DNA of 64,000 nucleotides from an uncultured Candidatus Saccharibacteria bacterium (GTDB lineage Bacteria; Patescibacteriota; Saccharimonadia; Saccharimonadales; 2-12-FULL-41-12): NCBI GenBank assembly GCA_964404795.1, contig CAYOLI010000001.1, positions 17,059 to 81,058 of the forward strand, read 5' to 3'. Shown piece by piece: positions 1 to 8,791 of this stretch (position 1 is its first letter; each line of letters starts with the position of its first letter). The notes under the pieces were generated by a model. It saw only the letters and a program-made list of their open reading frames with translations, ran no database searches and was not told where the DNA came from. The position numbers and the translations under genes were made by a program.

Positions 1-258
1 TTTTATTCCCCCGCATATGCTGTTTAGTTTCTAGCAATCTATCAATTTCTTGCGCCATAACCTCGTCTTTAGTGGTCACTCTACCCTTTTCGTGTGTAGT
101 TAGCCATAGCTCCACACAATCGTAATTACAGAGCATCTTTGGGTGATGGTTCTGCGTCTCAGCGATACCAGCAACTTCCGTTAAAAAACCAAAGGATTCT
201 GCAAACGATTTGAACTGAAACCTTCTATATAAACTATCGTCTTTCTTTTGCCACATAA
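1..258 (-). CDS. pterin-4a-carbinolamine dehydratase (PCD/DCoH), 5'-complete, runs off window start
   Basis: Manual minus-strand translation from ATG at 256-258: MWQKKDDSLYRRFQFKSFAESFGFLTEVAGIAETQNHHPKMLCNYDCVELWLTTHEKGRVTTKDEVMAQEIDRL; E-x-x-HHP and THD/E..GL..D motifs of the PCD family. Not in ORF track because it is truncated by the window edge. Confidence 0.55.
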
Positions 259-277
259 ACTATATCAGTATAACACT

Positions 278-354
278 TGGTCGGGGTGACAGGACTTGAA
301 CCTGCGACCTCACGGCCCCCAGCCGTACGCGCTAGCCAACTGCGCCACACCCCG
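278..354 (-). tRNA. tRNA-Pro (anticodon GGG)
   Basis: Reverse complement folds as cloverleaf: acceptor CGGGGUG/CACCCCG, D-arm GGCGCAGUUGGCUAGCGC, anticodon stem ACGG/CCGU with loop CUGGGGG, T-arm GGUUCAAGUCC, encoded CCA. Confidence 0.8.
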
Positions 355-495
355 ACACCACTATTCGAATATACCACACTTATTCTGCTTAATTAGGCCG
401 TGATCCCTACGACTACCCCTGGCGACCTCGAAACTTTACAACAAGCAATTAGTTATTGTCGGAAGATTTCCTTGCGATGAGACACTGTCTCATCC

Positions 496-530
496 CACCC
501 CAGCCGTACGCGCTAGCCAACTACGCCACA
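496..530. repeat. truncated duplicate of the tRNA-Pro D-arm/anticodon-stem segment (about 34/35 nt identical to 316-350); preceded by perfect palindrome gatgagaca-c-tgtctcatc (476-494)
   Basis: Direct sequence comparison: cccagccgtacgcgctagccaact[g/a]cgccacac present at both sites; second copy cannot fold into a full tRNA. Confidence 0.6.
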
Positions 531-713
531 CAGTATGTTATTAAAGTGCTACGACTTACAATCGGCTCGATTAACCCTGGAAATCCAGGTGGGTGGCCTC
601 ATGTAGCAACCACGGTTACTACGAATATTGACTTCCCTAATCGACTAGTATTGAGATAATCTAATACCCATTGAGGTCGTAGCCACCTTATTATATCGAC
701 TTGAGCAAGGTGT

Positions 714-1340
714 TTACAGAAGAAAGTTTAAAATACTACGATTGATATTGACTACAAATGGCCCTAAAAATGCGAAAAATATCATCATAAAAACAATTAT
801 CGCGGTAAAGCCCATGGACTCTATCTGCTCCATGATTCTTCGGACAGGATCAGGAGCAACAGCATAAAGCAAACGAGAACCATCTAGGGGCGGAAATGGA
901 ATCATATTGAAAACAAAAAAGGCCACATTAACCATAATGAAAACCGTTATAAAAGTGACTCCGTCTACCCCTAACAACCCTTTAAAAATATTTAGTACCC
1001 CCGCTCCAGCGAAGGCAAGTAACAAATTTGTTAAAGGCCCCGCTAGACCAACAAGTGCAGCTCCGAATTCGCCATATTTAACTCTGTTTGGGTTAAACGG
1101 TACTGGTTTTGCAGCAAAAAATGGTGGCAAATGAGCCGCAATAAGAACTATCGGCAAAAGGACCGTTGTAAAAGGATCAATGTGCTGCAGTGGATTAAGA
1201 GATATTCTTCCCTCGCGTTGTGCCGTATCATCACCTAACCACAATCCACTAAATGCGTGCATTGCTTCGTGTAGTGTCATCGAAATTAAAATCGAAATAA
1301 ACACACATAGCAACATAAACAAGCTAACTTCTGAAAACAT
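714..1340 (-). CDS. site-2 protease family (peptidase M50) intramembrane zinc metalloprotease
   Basis: Polytopic membrane protein with HEAMH (HExxH) in first TM segment and LDG-type downstream motif; 208 aa. Confidence 0.55.
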   Translation of the reverse strand: MFSEVSLFMLLCVFISILISMTLHEAMHAFSGLWLGDDTAQREGRISLNPLQHIDPFTTVLLPIVLIAAHLPPFFAAKPVPFNPNRVKYGEFGAALVGLAGPLTNLLLAFAGAGVLNIFKGLLGVDGVTFITVFIMVNVAFFVFNMIPFPPLDGSRLLYAVAPDPVRRIMEQIESMGFTAIIVFMMIFFAFLGPFVVNINRSILNFLL

Positions 1341-1415
1341 AACTTGCTTAGTATATCATCTACGGCCAACTATTGACTTTAACGCGAATAACAGATACAA
1401 TTAACCCCTGAAATT

Positions 1416-1610
1416 ATGCAAAAGTGTGATATAACCGGCAAGGGCAAACAACATGGGCACAACGTTAGCTTCTCTTTAAGGCGCACCAAAAAGGTCTGGA
1501 AGCCAAATTTACAATCGAAGACAGTCATCGTAGATGGCAAAAAAGTTAAACTAAAAGTAAGCACCTCTGGGCTTCGTACACTCAAGAAAAAAGGTATTGT
1601 AACTAGTTAA
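1416..1610 (+). CDS. rpmB: 50S ribosomal protein L28
   Basis: MQKCDITGKGKQHGHNVSFSLRRTKKVWKPNLQ... matches the L28 consensus (xKCxxTGKxxxxGNNVSHxxxKTKRxxxPNLQ). Confidence 0.9.
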   Translation: MQKCDITGKGKQHGHNVSFSLRRTKKVWKPNLQSKTVIVDGKKVKLKVSTSGLRTLKKKGIVTS

Positions 1611-1612
1611 TT

Positions 1613-1632
1613 TGGATTTTATCCACTTTTTT
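1613..1632 (+). terminator. hairpin tggat-ttt-atcca followed by T-run; sits between convergent rpmB and MBL-fold gene
   Basis: Seen in sequence: 5-bp stem, 3-nt loop, then cttttttcc. Confidence 0.35.
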
Positions 1633-1656
1633 CCATCAAAGATAAAAATGGGTGTT

Positions 1657-2280
1657 TTATTGTCTCTTTAGGGCGATAAATTGCATAGCATCTGAAAAGT
1701 TCATATTTTTTAATTTAAACTTTTCCACTGTATCTGTAAGTTCCATGCCAATTTCTTTCAGGGCATGATCTAAATCTAGTAATTCTTTGCTATAGTTAAT
1801 GCCTTTTTCGCTATAGTATGTTGGTACAACAACCTTTGGCTCAATTGCCTTTATAACTTTCAGTGCGTTGATCCCATCAAGAGTAACACCTCCACCACCG
1901 ACCGGGATTAGTAATATATCAACCGTTCCAATTGCCTCTAACTCATCGTCGCTAAGCTCAGGCGAAGAGTTACCTACAATAACAACGCGAACATCATCGA
2001 CAACAAACCTAAACACCGTATTGTCCGCTTCTGGATTTAGTAAATTCTTTGTAGGAATGCCAGTAATCGATACATTAGCTACCTCATACTCTCCGGGCGA
2101 ATCTATCACAAAATTATTTTTTTCTACATTTCTTCCCAGATCGGTCGAAGTGAACAACATAACATGATCGTTTTTTGCGGGTGACTTTAGGCCAAATTTA
2201 CTCAAATTATCATCCACGATGAATGTCTTTTTTTTACTACTTAACTTAATGCAGTTCGCGCCTAGATACTCTAATTCCAT
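1657..2280 (-). CDS. MBL-fold metallo-hydrolase (UlaG/COG2220-like)
   Basis: Beta-lactamase-fold pattern (..ILLIPVGGGG.T.D...A...IK.I.PK.VVPTYY), 207 aa. Confidence 0.5.
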   Translation of the reverse strand: MELEYLGANCIKLSSKKKTFIVDDNLSKFGLKSPAKNDHVMLFTSTDLGRNVEKNNFVIDSPGEYEVANVSITGIPTKNLLNPEADNTVFRFVVDDVRVVIVGNSSPELSDDELEAIGTVDILLIPVGGGGVTLDGINALKVIKAIEPKVVVPTYYSEKGINYSKELLDLDHALKEIGMELTDTVEKFKLKNMNFSDAMQFIALKRQ

Positions 2281-2282
2281 TT

Positions 2283-2903
2283 TTATTTCCTCTTTTTGTC
2301 TTTACTTTCGTTTTCTGCCTCAGAGTCATTTTGTTTTTCGCTAAAAACCCCTTTTCTATCAATAATTATCTGTTTTTTGGACTCAATAATACTACTGACA
2401 AAACGGTCGTTCATCTGTCTACGATAGTCAAACTCTTTAGGGGTAAAAACTACGTATCGAATCTCTTGCCCTTCCTTATTTTCTAGATCTTCAATATATT
2501 TAGCAAGTTGAGTTTGGTTGATGTCTCCGACAATCACGAAATCTGCCCCACTTCGATCGTCTCTAGTAATTCTACCCGTTAAAAGAGCAAGCTCCACGTG
2601 GCCAATGGCTTTTAGATCTTCTGGCTCGTTAGCACTAGATTTACTCTGAACCCCACCAAAAATCTCGCAGAGTGGACCATAATATTGATATTTTTGGTTG
2701 ACCTCATAATATAGTTTATTATTTGTAGTTTCCGAGGAAATGATACCAATACTAAGTAAGTTCGAGAGTTCCCTGCGAACCGAATTTATTTGTTCATCTA
2801 TTTTACGTGTGATTTCACGCACGTAAAAAGATCTGTTTGGGTTGCTATAAAATAATTGCAAAAGCTTAACACGAGTCTTTGACCCAAAAATCTGCTCAAT
2901 CAT
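2283..2903 (-). CDS. winged-helix DNA-binding protein (ArsR-like N-terminus) with uncharacterised C-terminal domain
   Basis: N-terminal TRVKLLQLF...REITRKIDEQINSVRRELSNL resembles wHTH regulators; remainder unrecognised. Confidence 0.3.
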   Translation of the reverse strand: MIEQIFGSKTRVKLLQLFYSNPNRSFYVREITRKIDEQINSVRRELSNLLSIGIISSETTNNKLYYEVNQKYQYYGPLCEIFGGVQSKSSANEPEDLKAIGHVELALLTGRITRDDRSGADFVIVGDINQTQLAKYIEDLENKEGQEIRYVVFTPKEFDYRRQMNDRFVSSIIESKKQIIIDRKGVFSEKQNDSEAENESKDKKRK

Positions 2904-2966
2904 ATTAATTATTGTAGCAAATTTTAAATACTTATAACATTTGAATTGAATAATTAACTTTACAGC

Positions 2967-3842
2967 TCAATCGAACCATGAACACACAAAGCTCCATGCT
3001 TTTGTAGTATCTTCAAACCATTCAATGTCACTGCTTCTTTTGAACCAAGTTAGTTGTCGTTTGGCTAACTGTCTGGTGTGTAAATTTATCATTTCAATCG
3101 CTTTAACTAAATTGTACGATCCATTTATAACCTGCTGCACCTCGGCGTAACCAATAGTTCTTAGTATTTCGATGTCGTTTCCATAGTGTCCGATTATTTT
3201 CGCTGTTTCTTCCAGCAATCCTTGGTCTAACATTTTTTTTGTTCTAGTGGCGATCCTTGCCTCCAATTCGAACATGGGTGGATTCAATCCGATAATTCTA
3301 TACCCTTTTGGCAAGCTATGCTTTTTTGTCTTTAATAAACCAATTGTTTCGATCGCCCTAATAACCCGACGCTTGTTTTTAAGATCGATCACCGCATGTG
3401 TTAGCGGATCTTTTTCTTTTAAGTACTCGACTAGCCACGCCAAATCTTTTTCTTCTAATTTTTTACGATAATCACTATTTGCTCCAGCAGGAAAAGAGTA
3501 ATTATACAAAAATGCCCACAAATATAAACCGCTTCCTCCCACCAAAATCGGTATTTTTCCTCTTGAGCTTATCTGGTTAACCATTTTTTGGGTAAAATCT
3601 TTAAATTCTGCCGCACTAAAAGATTGATCTGGGCTTACCAAGTCTAGCCCGTGATGCATCACTTCAGCTCGTTCCTGCTTGGTGGGCTTGGCTGTCCCAA
3701 TATCCATTCCCTCATAAATGGTTCTGGAATCGGCACAAATAATTTCACCATCAAACTTCTTTGCAACATCAATCGCCAGCTGCGTTTTACCACTGGCCGT
3801 TGGGCCAACTATTGCAATTAACTTTACTCTCTGGGAATCCAT
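2967..3842 (-). CDS. miaA: tRNA dimethylallyltransferase
   Basis: P-loop IAIVGPTASGKT, ICADSRTIYEGMDIGTAKP and overall MiaA architecture, 291 aa. Confidence 0.9.
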   Translation of the reverse strand: MDSQRVKLIAIVGPTASGKTQLAIDVAKKFDGEIICADSRTIYEGMDIGTAKPTKQERAEVMHHGLDLVSPDQSFSAAEFKDFTQKMVNQISSRGKIPILVGGSGLYLWAFLYNYSFPAGANSDYRKKLEEKDLAWLVEYLKEKDPLTHAVIDLKNKRRVIRAIETIGLLKTKKHSLPKGYRIIGLNPPMFELEARIATRTKKMLDQGLLEETAKIIGHYGNDIEILRTIGYAEVQQVINGSYNLVKAIEMINLHTRQLAKRQLTWFKRSSDIEWFEDTTKAWSFVCSWFD

Positions 3843-4147
3843 AATAATTTGGCAATATCCACCCTATAGTCAGCCGAGACTACTACCCCCTCTGACTCTA
3901 GATGTTTTTTATGTGATTCACGACCCCCTGGATAGCCACGCGCTAACCCACCCTGTTTATTAACCACTCTTTGCCATGGCAAATCAGGGTCTCCATAGTG
4001 AGCTATCCCTCCAACAATCCGAGCTGCACGCGCATTCCCACAAAGAGCGGCTATTTGTCCGTAGGTCATAACTCTACCCTTCGGTATCTGAGCGACCAAC
4101 TCGCATACTCGTAGAGAAAAACCATCATCAACTTTCTCTTCGCTCAT
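3824..4147 (-). CDS. alkyltransferase-like protein (MGMT/Ogt DNA-binding domain lacking the active-site Cys)
   Basis: MTYGQIAALCGNARAARIVGGIA...PWQRVVN: Ogt C-domain HTH and the PCHR(V) motif replaced by PWQRV, as in ATL proteins; overlaps miaA start by 19 nt. Confidence 0.55.
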   Translation of the reverse strand: MSEEKVDDGFSLRVCELVAQIPKGRVMTYGQIAALCGNARAARIVGGIAHYGDPDLPWQRVVNKQGGLARGYPGGRESHKKHLESEGVVVSADYRVDIAKLLWIPRE

Positions 4148-4157
4148 AATTTCCTAT

Positions 4158-6008
4158 CTATAACGATGTTTTTGTTATACGTGCTTTTATCTCATGTTTG
4201 ACTGTTTTTAAAAATTCATCAACGCTTAGCTCGGGATGGGCTGCTATTACGGTCATGTCGCTGCGAATTCTTGGGGTAATAACACCGTTTCTAACTTCTT
4301 TTGGACCAATTACCACCGTATATGGTATTTTTGCTACCTCTGCATCCCTAATTTTTTTACCAACTGACTCCGCAGAAATATCCATACTAACACGAATCCC
4401 CATCTGATTGGCATCACCAACAATCCTCTCGGCAACATCTACTAGCTCTTCATCTTGGTTAAGGGTGATGACCCTAACCTGTTCCGGAGCCAGCCAAAGT
4501 GGAAAACGACCACCGTAATGTTCAATTAACACAGCTAACGACCTCTCTAAAGAGCCATTTATGGCACAATGAATCATAACAATTCTCTCTCGTTCTCCCT
4601 GTTCGTTAGTACAAACAAGATCAAAGCTTTCCGGCATATTAAAATCAAGTTGGATAGTTGCAACTTGATGCTCTCTTTGCAGTGCATCCTTGGCCATAAA
4701 ATCAATTTTTGGACCATAAAATGCCGCTTCGCCTACACCAACTTCGTAATCTTCGCCCACTTTCTCACTCATCACCTCTCGCAACTGCTCTTCGGCTTTT
4801 TCCCAAACCTCGCGTGAGCCACCATACAAACCTTCCGCACTTGGGTCGCTCACACTCAAACGCAAGCTCAGCGGCATACCTAGCGTCGAATAAAACTGAT
4901 CAATCATATCCCAAATTTTATAAACTTCTTCTTTTATTTGATCATTTCTCAAAAACACATGCGAATCATCTTGAGTAAGCGATCTTACTCTAGACAATCC
5001 CCCCAGCTCCCCAGATTGCTCATCTCGATACACCATTGTCGTTTCTCTAAAACGAATTGGTAACTCTTTGTAACTTCTTTGTTGGGCAGAATAAATCTGG
5101 GTATGATGCGGGCAATTCATTGGCTTTAAAGCAAACTCGTGACCATCCCTACTGTTTATCCTGAATAGTTCTTCGCTAAATTTTGCCCAGTGGCCACTTT
5201 TTTCGTAAAGTTCTTTTTTTGTGATATGAGGGATTGCAACCGGCTCATAACCATATTCACTACGCAGTTCTTGAACAAATTCGTCTAGGGCTTGTCTCAT
5301 GTACGTCCCCTTCGGGAGCCAAAGAGGAAGTCCAGGACCAACTAGGTCCGAAAAAGTAAACAACCCCATCTCTTGACCCAGTTTCCTATGGTCACGCTTT
5401 TTTGCCTCTTCTAGGTTACCAAGGTATTCATCAAGCTCGTTTTGCTCTTTAAAAGCCACTCCGTAAAGTCGTTGCATCTGAGGGTTCTCTTCTTTGCCTC
5501 GCCAATATGCTCCGGCCACCTTTAATAACTTAAAAGCCCCTACTTTACCGGTCGACTCGACATGAGGACCACGACATAAATCCATAAAATCGCCATTTTT
5601 GTAAAAAGACACTGTCTCTACCTTGCTATCTTCACTTGTATCTAGTCCCAACTCGTTGATATCTAGGTCTTTCGCAACTGTAGTACCAGCTCGCTTTAAG
5701 TCATTTAACAGTTCTTCCTTATACGGCTGATTGTTATCTCTGGCCCAATTGATAGCGTCGTCAATGGGCATATCACTTCTCTCCATCTGTTGGTCTTCAG
5801 AAACTATCTGTTTCATCTTTTCTTCTATCCGAGAAAAGTCATCTTCGCTAATTTTTGTATCTCCTAGGTCGATATCGTAATAAAAGCCATTGTCGACCGT
5901 TGGACCAACACCAAATTTGGCTTCTGGCCAGATAGATCTGACAGCTGATGCCGTAATATGTGCTAAGGTGTGTCGCATGGCGATTAGGTTGTCTTCATCG
6001 GATGACAT
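4158..6008 (-). CDS. thrS: threonine--tRNA ligase (no N-terminal TGS domain, editing N2 domain retained)
   Basis: RHTLAHITASAVRSIWPEAKFGVGPTVDNGFYYD, class II motifs, MNCPHH, 616 aa. Confidence 0.95.
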   Translation of the reverse strand: MSSDEDNLIAMRHTLAHITASAVRSIWPEAKFGVGPTVDNGFYYDIDLGDTKISEDDFSRIEEKMKQIVSEDQQMERSDMPIDDAINWARDNNQPYKEELLNDLKRAGTTVAKDLDINELGLDTSEDSKVETVSFYKNGDFMDLCRGPHVESTGKVGAFKLLKVAGAYWRGKEENPQMQRLYGVAFKEQNELDEYLGNLEEAKKRDHRKLGQEMGLFTFSDLVGPGLPLWLPKGTYMRQALDEFVQELRSEYGYEPVAIPHITKKELYEKSGHWAKFSEELFRINSRDGHEFALKPMNCPHHTQIYSAQQRSYKELPIRFRETTMVYRDEQSGELGGLSRVRSLTQDDSHVFLRNDQIKEEVYKIWDMIDQFYSTLGMPLSLRLSVSDPSAEGLYGGSREVWEKAEEQLREVMSEKVGEDYEVGVGEAAFYGPKIDFMAKDALQREHQVATIQLDFNMPESFDLVCTNEQGERERIVMIHCAINGSLERSLAVLIEHYGGRFPLWLAPEQVRVITLNQDEELVDVAERIVGDANQMGIRVSMDISAESVGKKIRDAEVAKIPYTVVIGPKEVRNGVITPRIRSDMTVIAAHPELSVDEFLKTVKHEIKARITKTSL

Positions 6009-6039
6009 AGGTTTTCTCCTTATAAAGTTTTATTAATAA

Positions 6040-6300
6040 TCAAAAAACGCACTGCCAAAGAATATTCTCGCAAATATATTCTTTGATAGTGCGTCTCGGG
6101 TCCCTGTTAGTTCTTCTCTAACTAGGACGGTTCCACCGGACTTCCCTTCATAGGGCTCTTATAATGGCACGTTTCGTACGTTCCATCTACCGACGAAGCT
6201 CTGCGGATGGTTAAACCGCCTCATTGCTTGAGCTCTAGTATAACACATCCCAGAATCCCACCCACGAGAACCATGATAACAGTATTAGTATTATATGGCT
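6040..6300 (-). promoter_or_regulatory. T-box leader (tRNA-Thr-sensing riboswitch) with intrinsic terminator in front of thrS
   Basis: Minus-strand RNA contains GGGAAGUCCGGUGGAACCGUCC (T-box consensus AANNNGGGUGGNACCGCG). Downstream an 18-bp terminator stem (6043-6095) is followed by U6, then the thrS RBS GGAGAAA. An ACC Thr codon sits in the candidate specifier region UUUAACCAU. Confidence 0.5.
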
Positions 6301-6424
6301 AGTACTATATTATTGTTTTATTTACATCTACTATGTGGAATAATCTCACCCTTACTATGCATCTAGTTTGTATCACTGGAAAAAAGGGTGCATTTTGCGT
6401 ACAATATCAACCAAGTGCACTAAG

Positions 6425-6501
6425 GGGCGATTAGCTCATTTGGCTAGAGCGCTACATTGACGTTGTAGAGGTGACAGGTTCGAATCCTGTATCGCCCACC
6501 A
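6425..6501 (+). tRNA. tRNA-Val (anticodon GAC)
   Basis: Cloverleaf: acceptor GGGCGAU/AUCGCCC, anticodon stem CUACA/UGUAG loop UUGACGU, T-loop UUCGAAU, encoded CCA. Confidence 0.9.
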
Positions 6502-6815
6502 TTAGCAAACACTTGATAAAATTTGTTAATACTAATCTGTTGAAGCACTAGCGTATTACAGCAATATATTGACTTGTATGTTTTTTATTGTTACCCTACT
6601 CAGGTTAAGCGGGAGCTCTTTTTTTGAGTACCAACAAGGTAAAAGTACTTAGTAGTTTTAACCTATTTTATGAGGAAATTTCTCAACCGAAAAGTACAAT
6701 ACGCATCAAACGATCGCATAAGTGATTCACCTACAATTTGTATCCTTTGTAGCTTAAATACTTATACGCAACTTATCCACTAGCATTTTAAATAGCGATA
6801 TGACAATATATAGCC

Positions 6816-7214
6816 ATGGTCTGTATATATTGTCGTGGAGAAACAAAAACAGTCAACAGTCGACCTAGTGACAGCGCTAAGATAGTTTGGCGAAGGAGGA
6901 AATGTATAGAATGTCAATCTATTTTTACCACCTACGAAGAGCCCGACTATAGTGGTAGTTTTAGAGTCAAATCAAAAAACGTCCTTAGCCCCCTCTCACG
7001 CGATAAATTATTCATAAGTATATATTCTTGCCTCTCGCACCGAAAAACGCCTCAAAAGGACGCATCTGGGCTTACAGCAACAGTACTAACAAATATCTTG
7101 CCTCTCGCACAGCATGGAATTGTTACGACATCTGCTATCAAGGGTGAGGTTCTAAATACTCTGAAAAATTTTGATCAAGTATCGGCAGTTTACTATAAGG
7201 CCCACTACTACTAA
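6816..7214 (+). CDS. nrdR: transcriptional repressor NrdR (zinc ribbon + ATP-cone)
   Basis: CIYCRGETKTVNSRPSD...RRRKCIECQSIFTTYE zinc ribbon, then ATP-cone-like region; 132 aa. Confidence 0.75.
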   Translation: MVCIYCRGETKTVNSRPSDSAKIVWRRRKCIECQSIFTTYEEPDYSGSFRVKSKNVLSPLSRDKLFISIYSCLSHRKTPQKDASGLTATVLTNILPLAQHGIVTTSAIKGEVLNTLKNFDQVSAVYYKAHYY

Positions 7215-8791
7215 CTCTTGGTGGCTTTCTCTGTAACATCAAATTTGTCTAGATACTTGCCAAAGAACAATCTGGTTTGAGAATAAAGGGCAGCAAAGGA
7301 GTTATACACCAACCCTGTGACTGGCAACATCACCCACTGAATTACCATAAAGAAAGTGCGATGTTTTTTATATCTCTTTGGCTTGGGAGGTAGAACTTTC
7401 ATACTTAAAAACAGGGTTACTAGTAACCCAACCGTAGCAACCCTTTGAATACCACTAGCAATGTTTGGTAACTGATTTGCGGCAATGTCTTGGGGATTAA
7501 ATATTTCGGGTATGAATGCCGAAAAAAGTAAAATAGCTGGGGCGGTGGCCCAGCTAGTATGTCCTTCGACCAGACGGAAAAACTTGAAAGACAGATCTAT
7601 TTTGGACAGATTATTTTTTGTAAAATAGCCCTTAACAGCAACATACGGTACATCTGATGCACCCCAAGCCCAACGCCTAAGTTGTACAAACTGGGCTTTT
7701 AGTGTACGACGATAGCCATCTGCTAGCACTGCATCTTGATATATTGGTACGTAAATTGGATAAACTTCGTGTTGACCGTTAAAACGAAAATACGAGCGCC
7801 AGTATTGATGGCCATCCTCAACGATAGTACGAACACTCCAAAAATCTGTATCTATTAATGCATCCATGCTCTGAGCATGCGAACTAAAATTGCGCAACAT
7901 ATGTGGTCTTAGTGACTGAACTACCATCCAAAATGAGTTTCCAGTTGCTATTACCCTCATTGGTGCTGGGGCGTCCCAGATATTGTTAGTAAACATCGGG
8001 ATTGGCTGAAAAGAAATAAGTTTCGGTTCTGGGCAAAGACAATATGTGTAAGTAAGAGCCGCAAAATAGTTGTGGTGTGGCCTATTATCGGCATCTAGTG
8101 TAGTTACAAGCACAGTTTTCGGGTCAATCTGGCGTTTTTCGAGCTCCTTTTGAAGAGCCCTACCAGCGTGAGTAATATTTCCACCCTTACCAATTACTTC
8201 TCCTGGAACATCTTTGGGATGCTTGATTGCTCTTGCAAATAAAAATTTGTCACCATATTGCTGAATCAGATGCTTCGATTGATCTTCGATACTCTTTCCG
8301 CCTCTTTCTTCGTAAGCCAAGATTAGTATAATTTTTTTGGCGTCATAGTTTGACTCTAAAACCGCCTGAATAGTTGGCTCTACTACTTCCCTACTCTCGT
8401 TGTAGGTAGCAACAATGACTGCGTGAACAACCTCACTCGGCTTCACAGGAGCCGGATACTGTTCTAGAAGAGCAATGTTTCTAGCATGCCATTTGGGTTT
8501 ATTAATGCTAACTTTTTGCTTTTCGATATCGTCTATCATTTTGTTCCACGGCATCTTTTGGTGTTGTTGCAGCGTATGCCACCCCTGCAAAACCCTAAAA
8601 CTAAGCCCTATCGACCTAACAAACCACATAATTAAGTAGCCCAAAATAAATGTAACGGTCAAGATTGGACTAAACAAACTCAAAATAATTGGAAGAGCTA
8701 GTACTCCCCAGCTCAAAAATGCCGGTAACTTTTCAAATAAGTGATATAAAAACGTTTTTTCTTCTTGCCTGGGGATCTCGATATCGTGCAT
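7211..8791 (-). CDS. processive family-2 glycosyltransferase (cellulose/chitin/PNAG-synthase-like) membrane protein
   Basis: N-terminal TM helices, TLDADN (DxD) and QLRRW (QxxRW processivity motif), C-terminal TM helices; 526 aa; 4-nt convergent overlap with nrdR. Confidence 0.6.
   Translation of the reverse strand: MHDIEIPRQEEKTFLYHLFEKLPAFLSWGVLALPIILSLFSPILTVTFILGYLIMWFVRSIGLSFRVLQGWHTLQQHQKMPWNKMIDDIEKQKVSINKPKWHARNIALLEQYPAPVKPSEVVHAVIVATYNESREVVEPTIQAVLESNYDAKKIILILAYEERGGKSIEDQSKHLIQQYGDKFLFARAIKHPKDVPGEVIGKGGNITHAGRALQKELEKRQIDPKTVLVTTLDADNRPHHNYFAALTYTYCLCPEPKLISFQPIPMFTNNIWDAPAPMRVIATGNSFWMVVQSLRPHMLRNFSSHAQSMDALIDTDFWSVRTIVEDGHQYWRSYFRFNGQHEVYPIYVPIYQDAVLADGYRRTLKAQFVQLRRWAWGASDVPYVAVKGYFTKNNLSKIDLSFKFFRLVEGHTSWATAPAILLFSAFIPEIFNPQDIAANQLPNIASGIQRVATVGLLVTLFLSMKVLPPKPKRYKKHRTFFMVIQWVMLPVTGLVYNSFAALYSQTRLFFGKYLDKFDVTEKATKS

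Noticed and set aside
456-659. 67-aa plus-strand ORF
   Set aside because: It spans the truncated tRNA-Pro duplicate and the palindrome, and shows no protein-like composition. It is more likely non-coding spacer.
360-713. Possible small structured RNA (for example 4.5S or RNase P) in the tRNA-Pro / M50 intergenic region
   Set aside because: No conserved SRP domain IV or RNase P P4 sequence could be recognised. Only the tRNA fragment and a palindrome are evident.
907-1134. Antisense small ORFs within the M50 protease gene (also 1180-1404, 1379-1585)
   Set aside because: They overlap a coding region that carries a clear HExxH motif on the other strand, or lie in a short intergenic stretch. No support.
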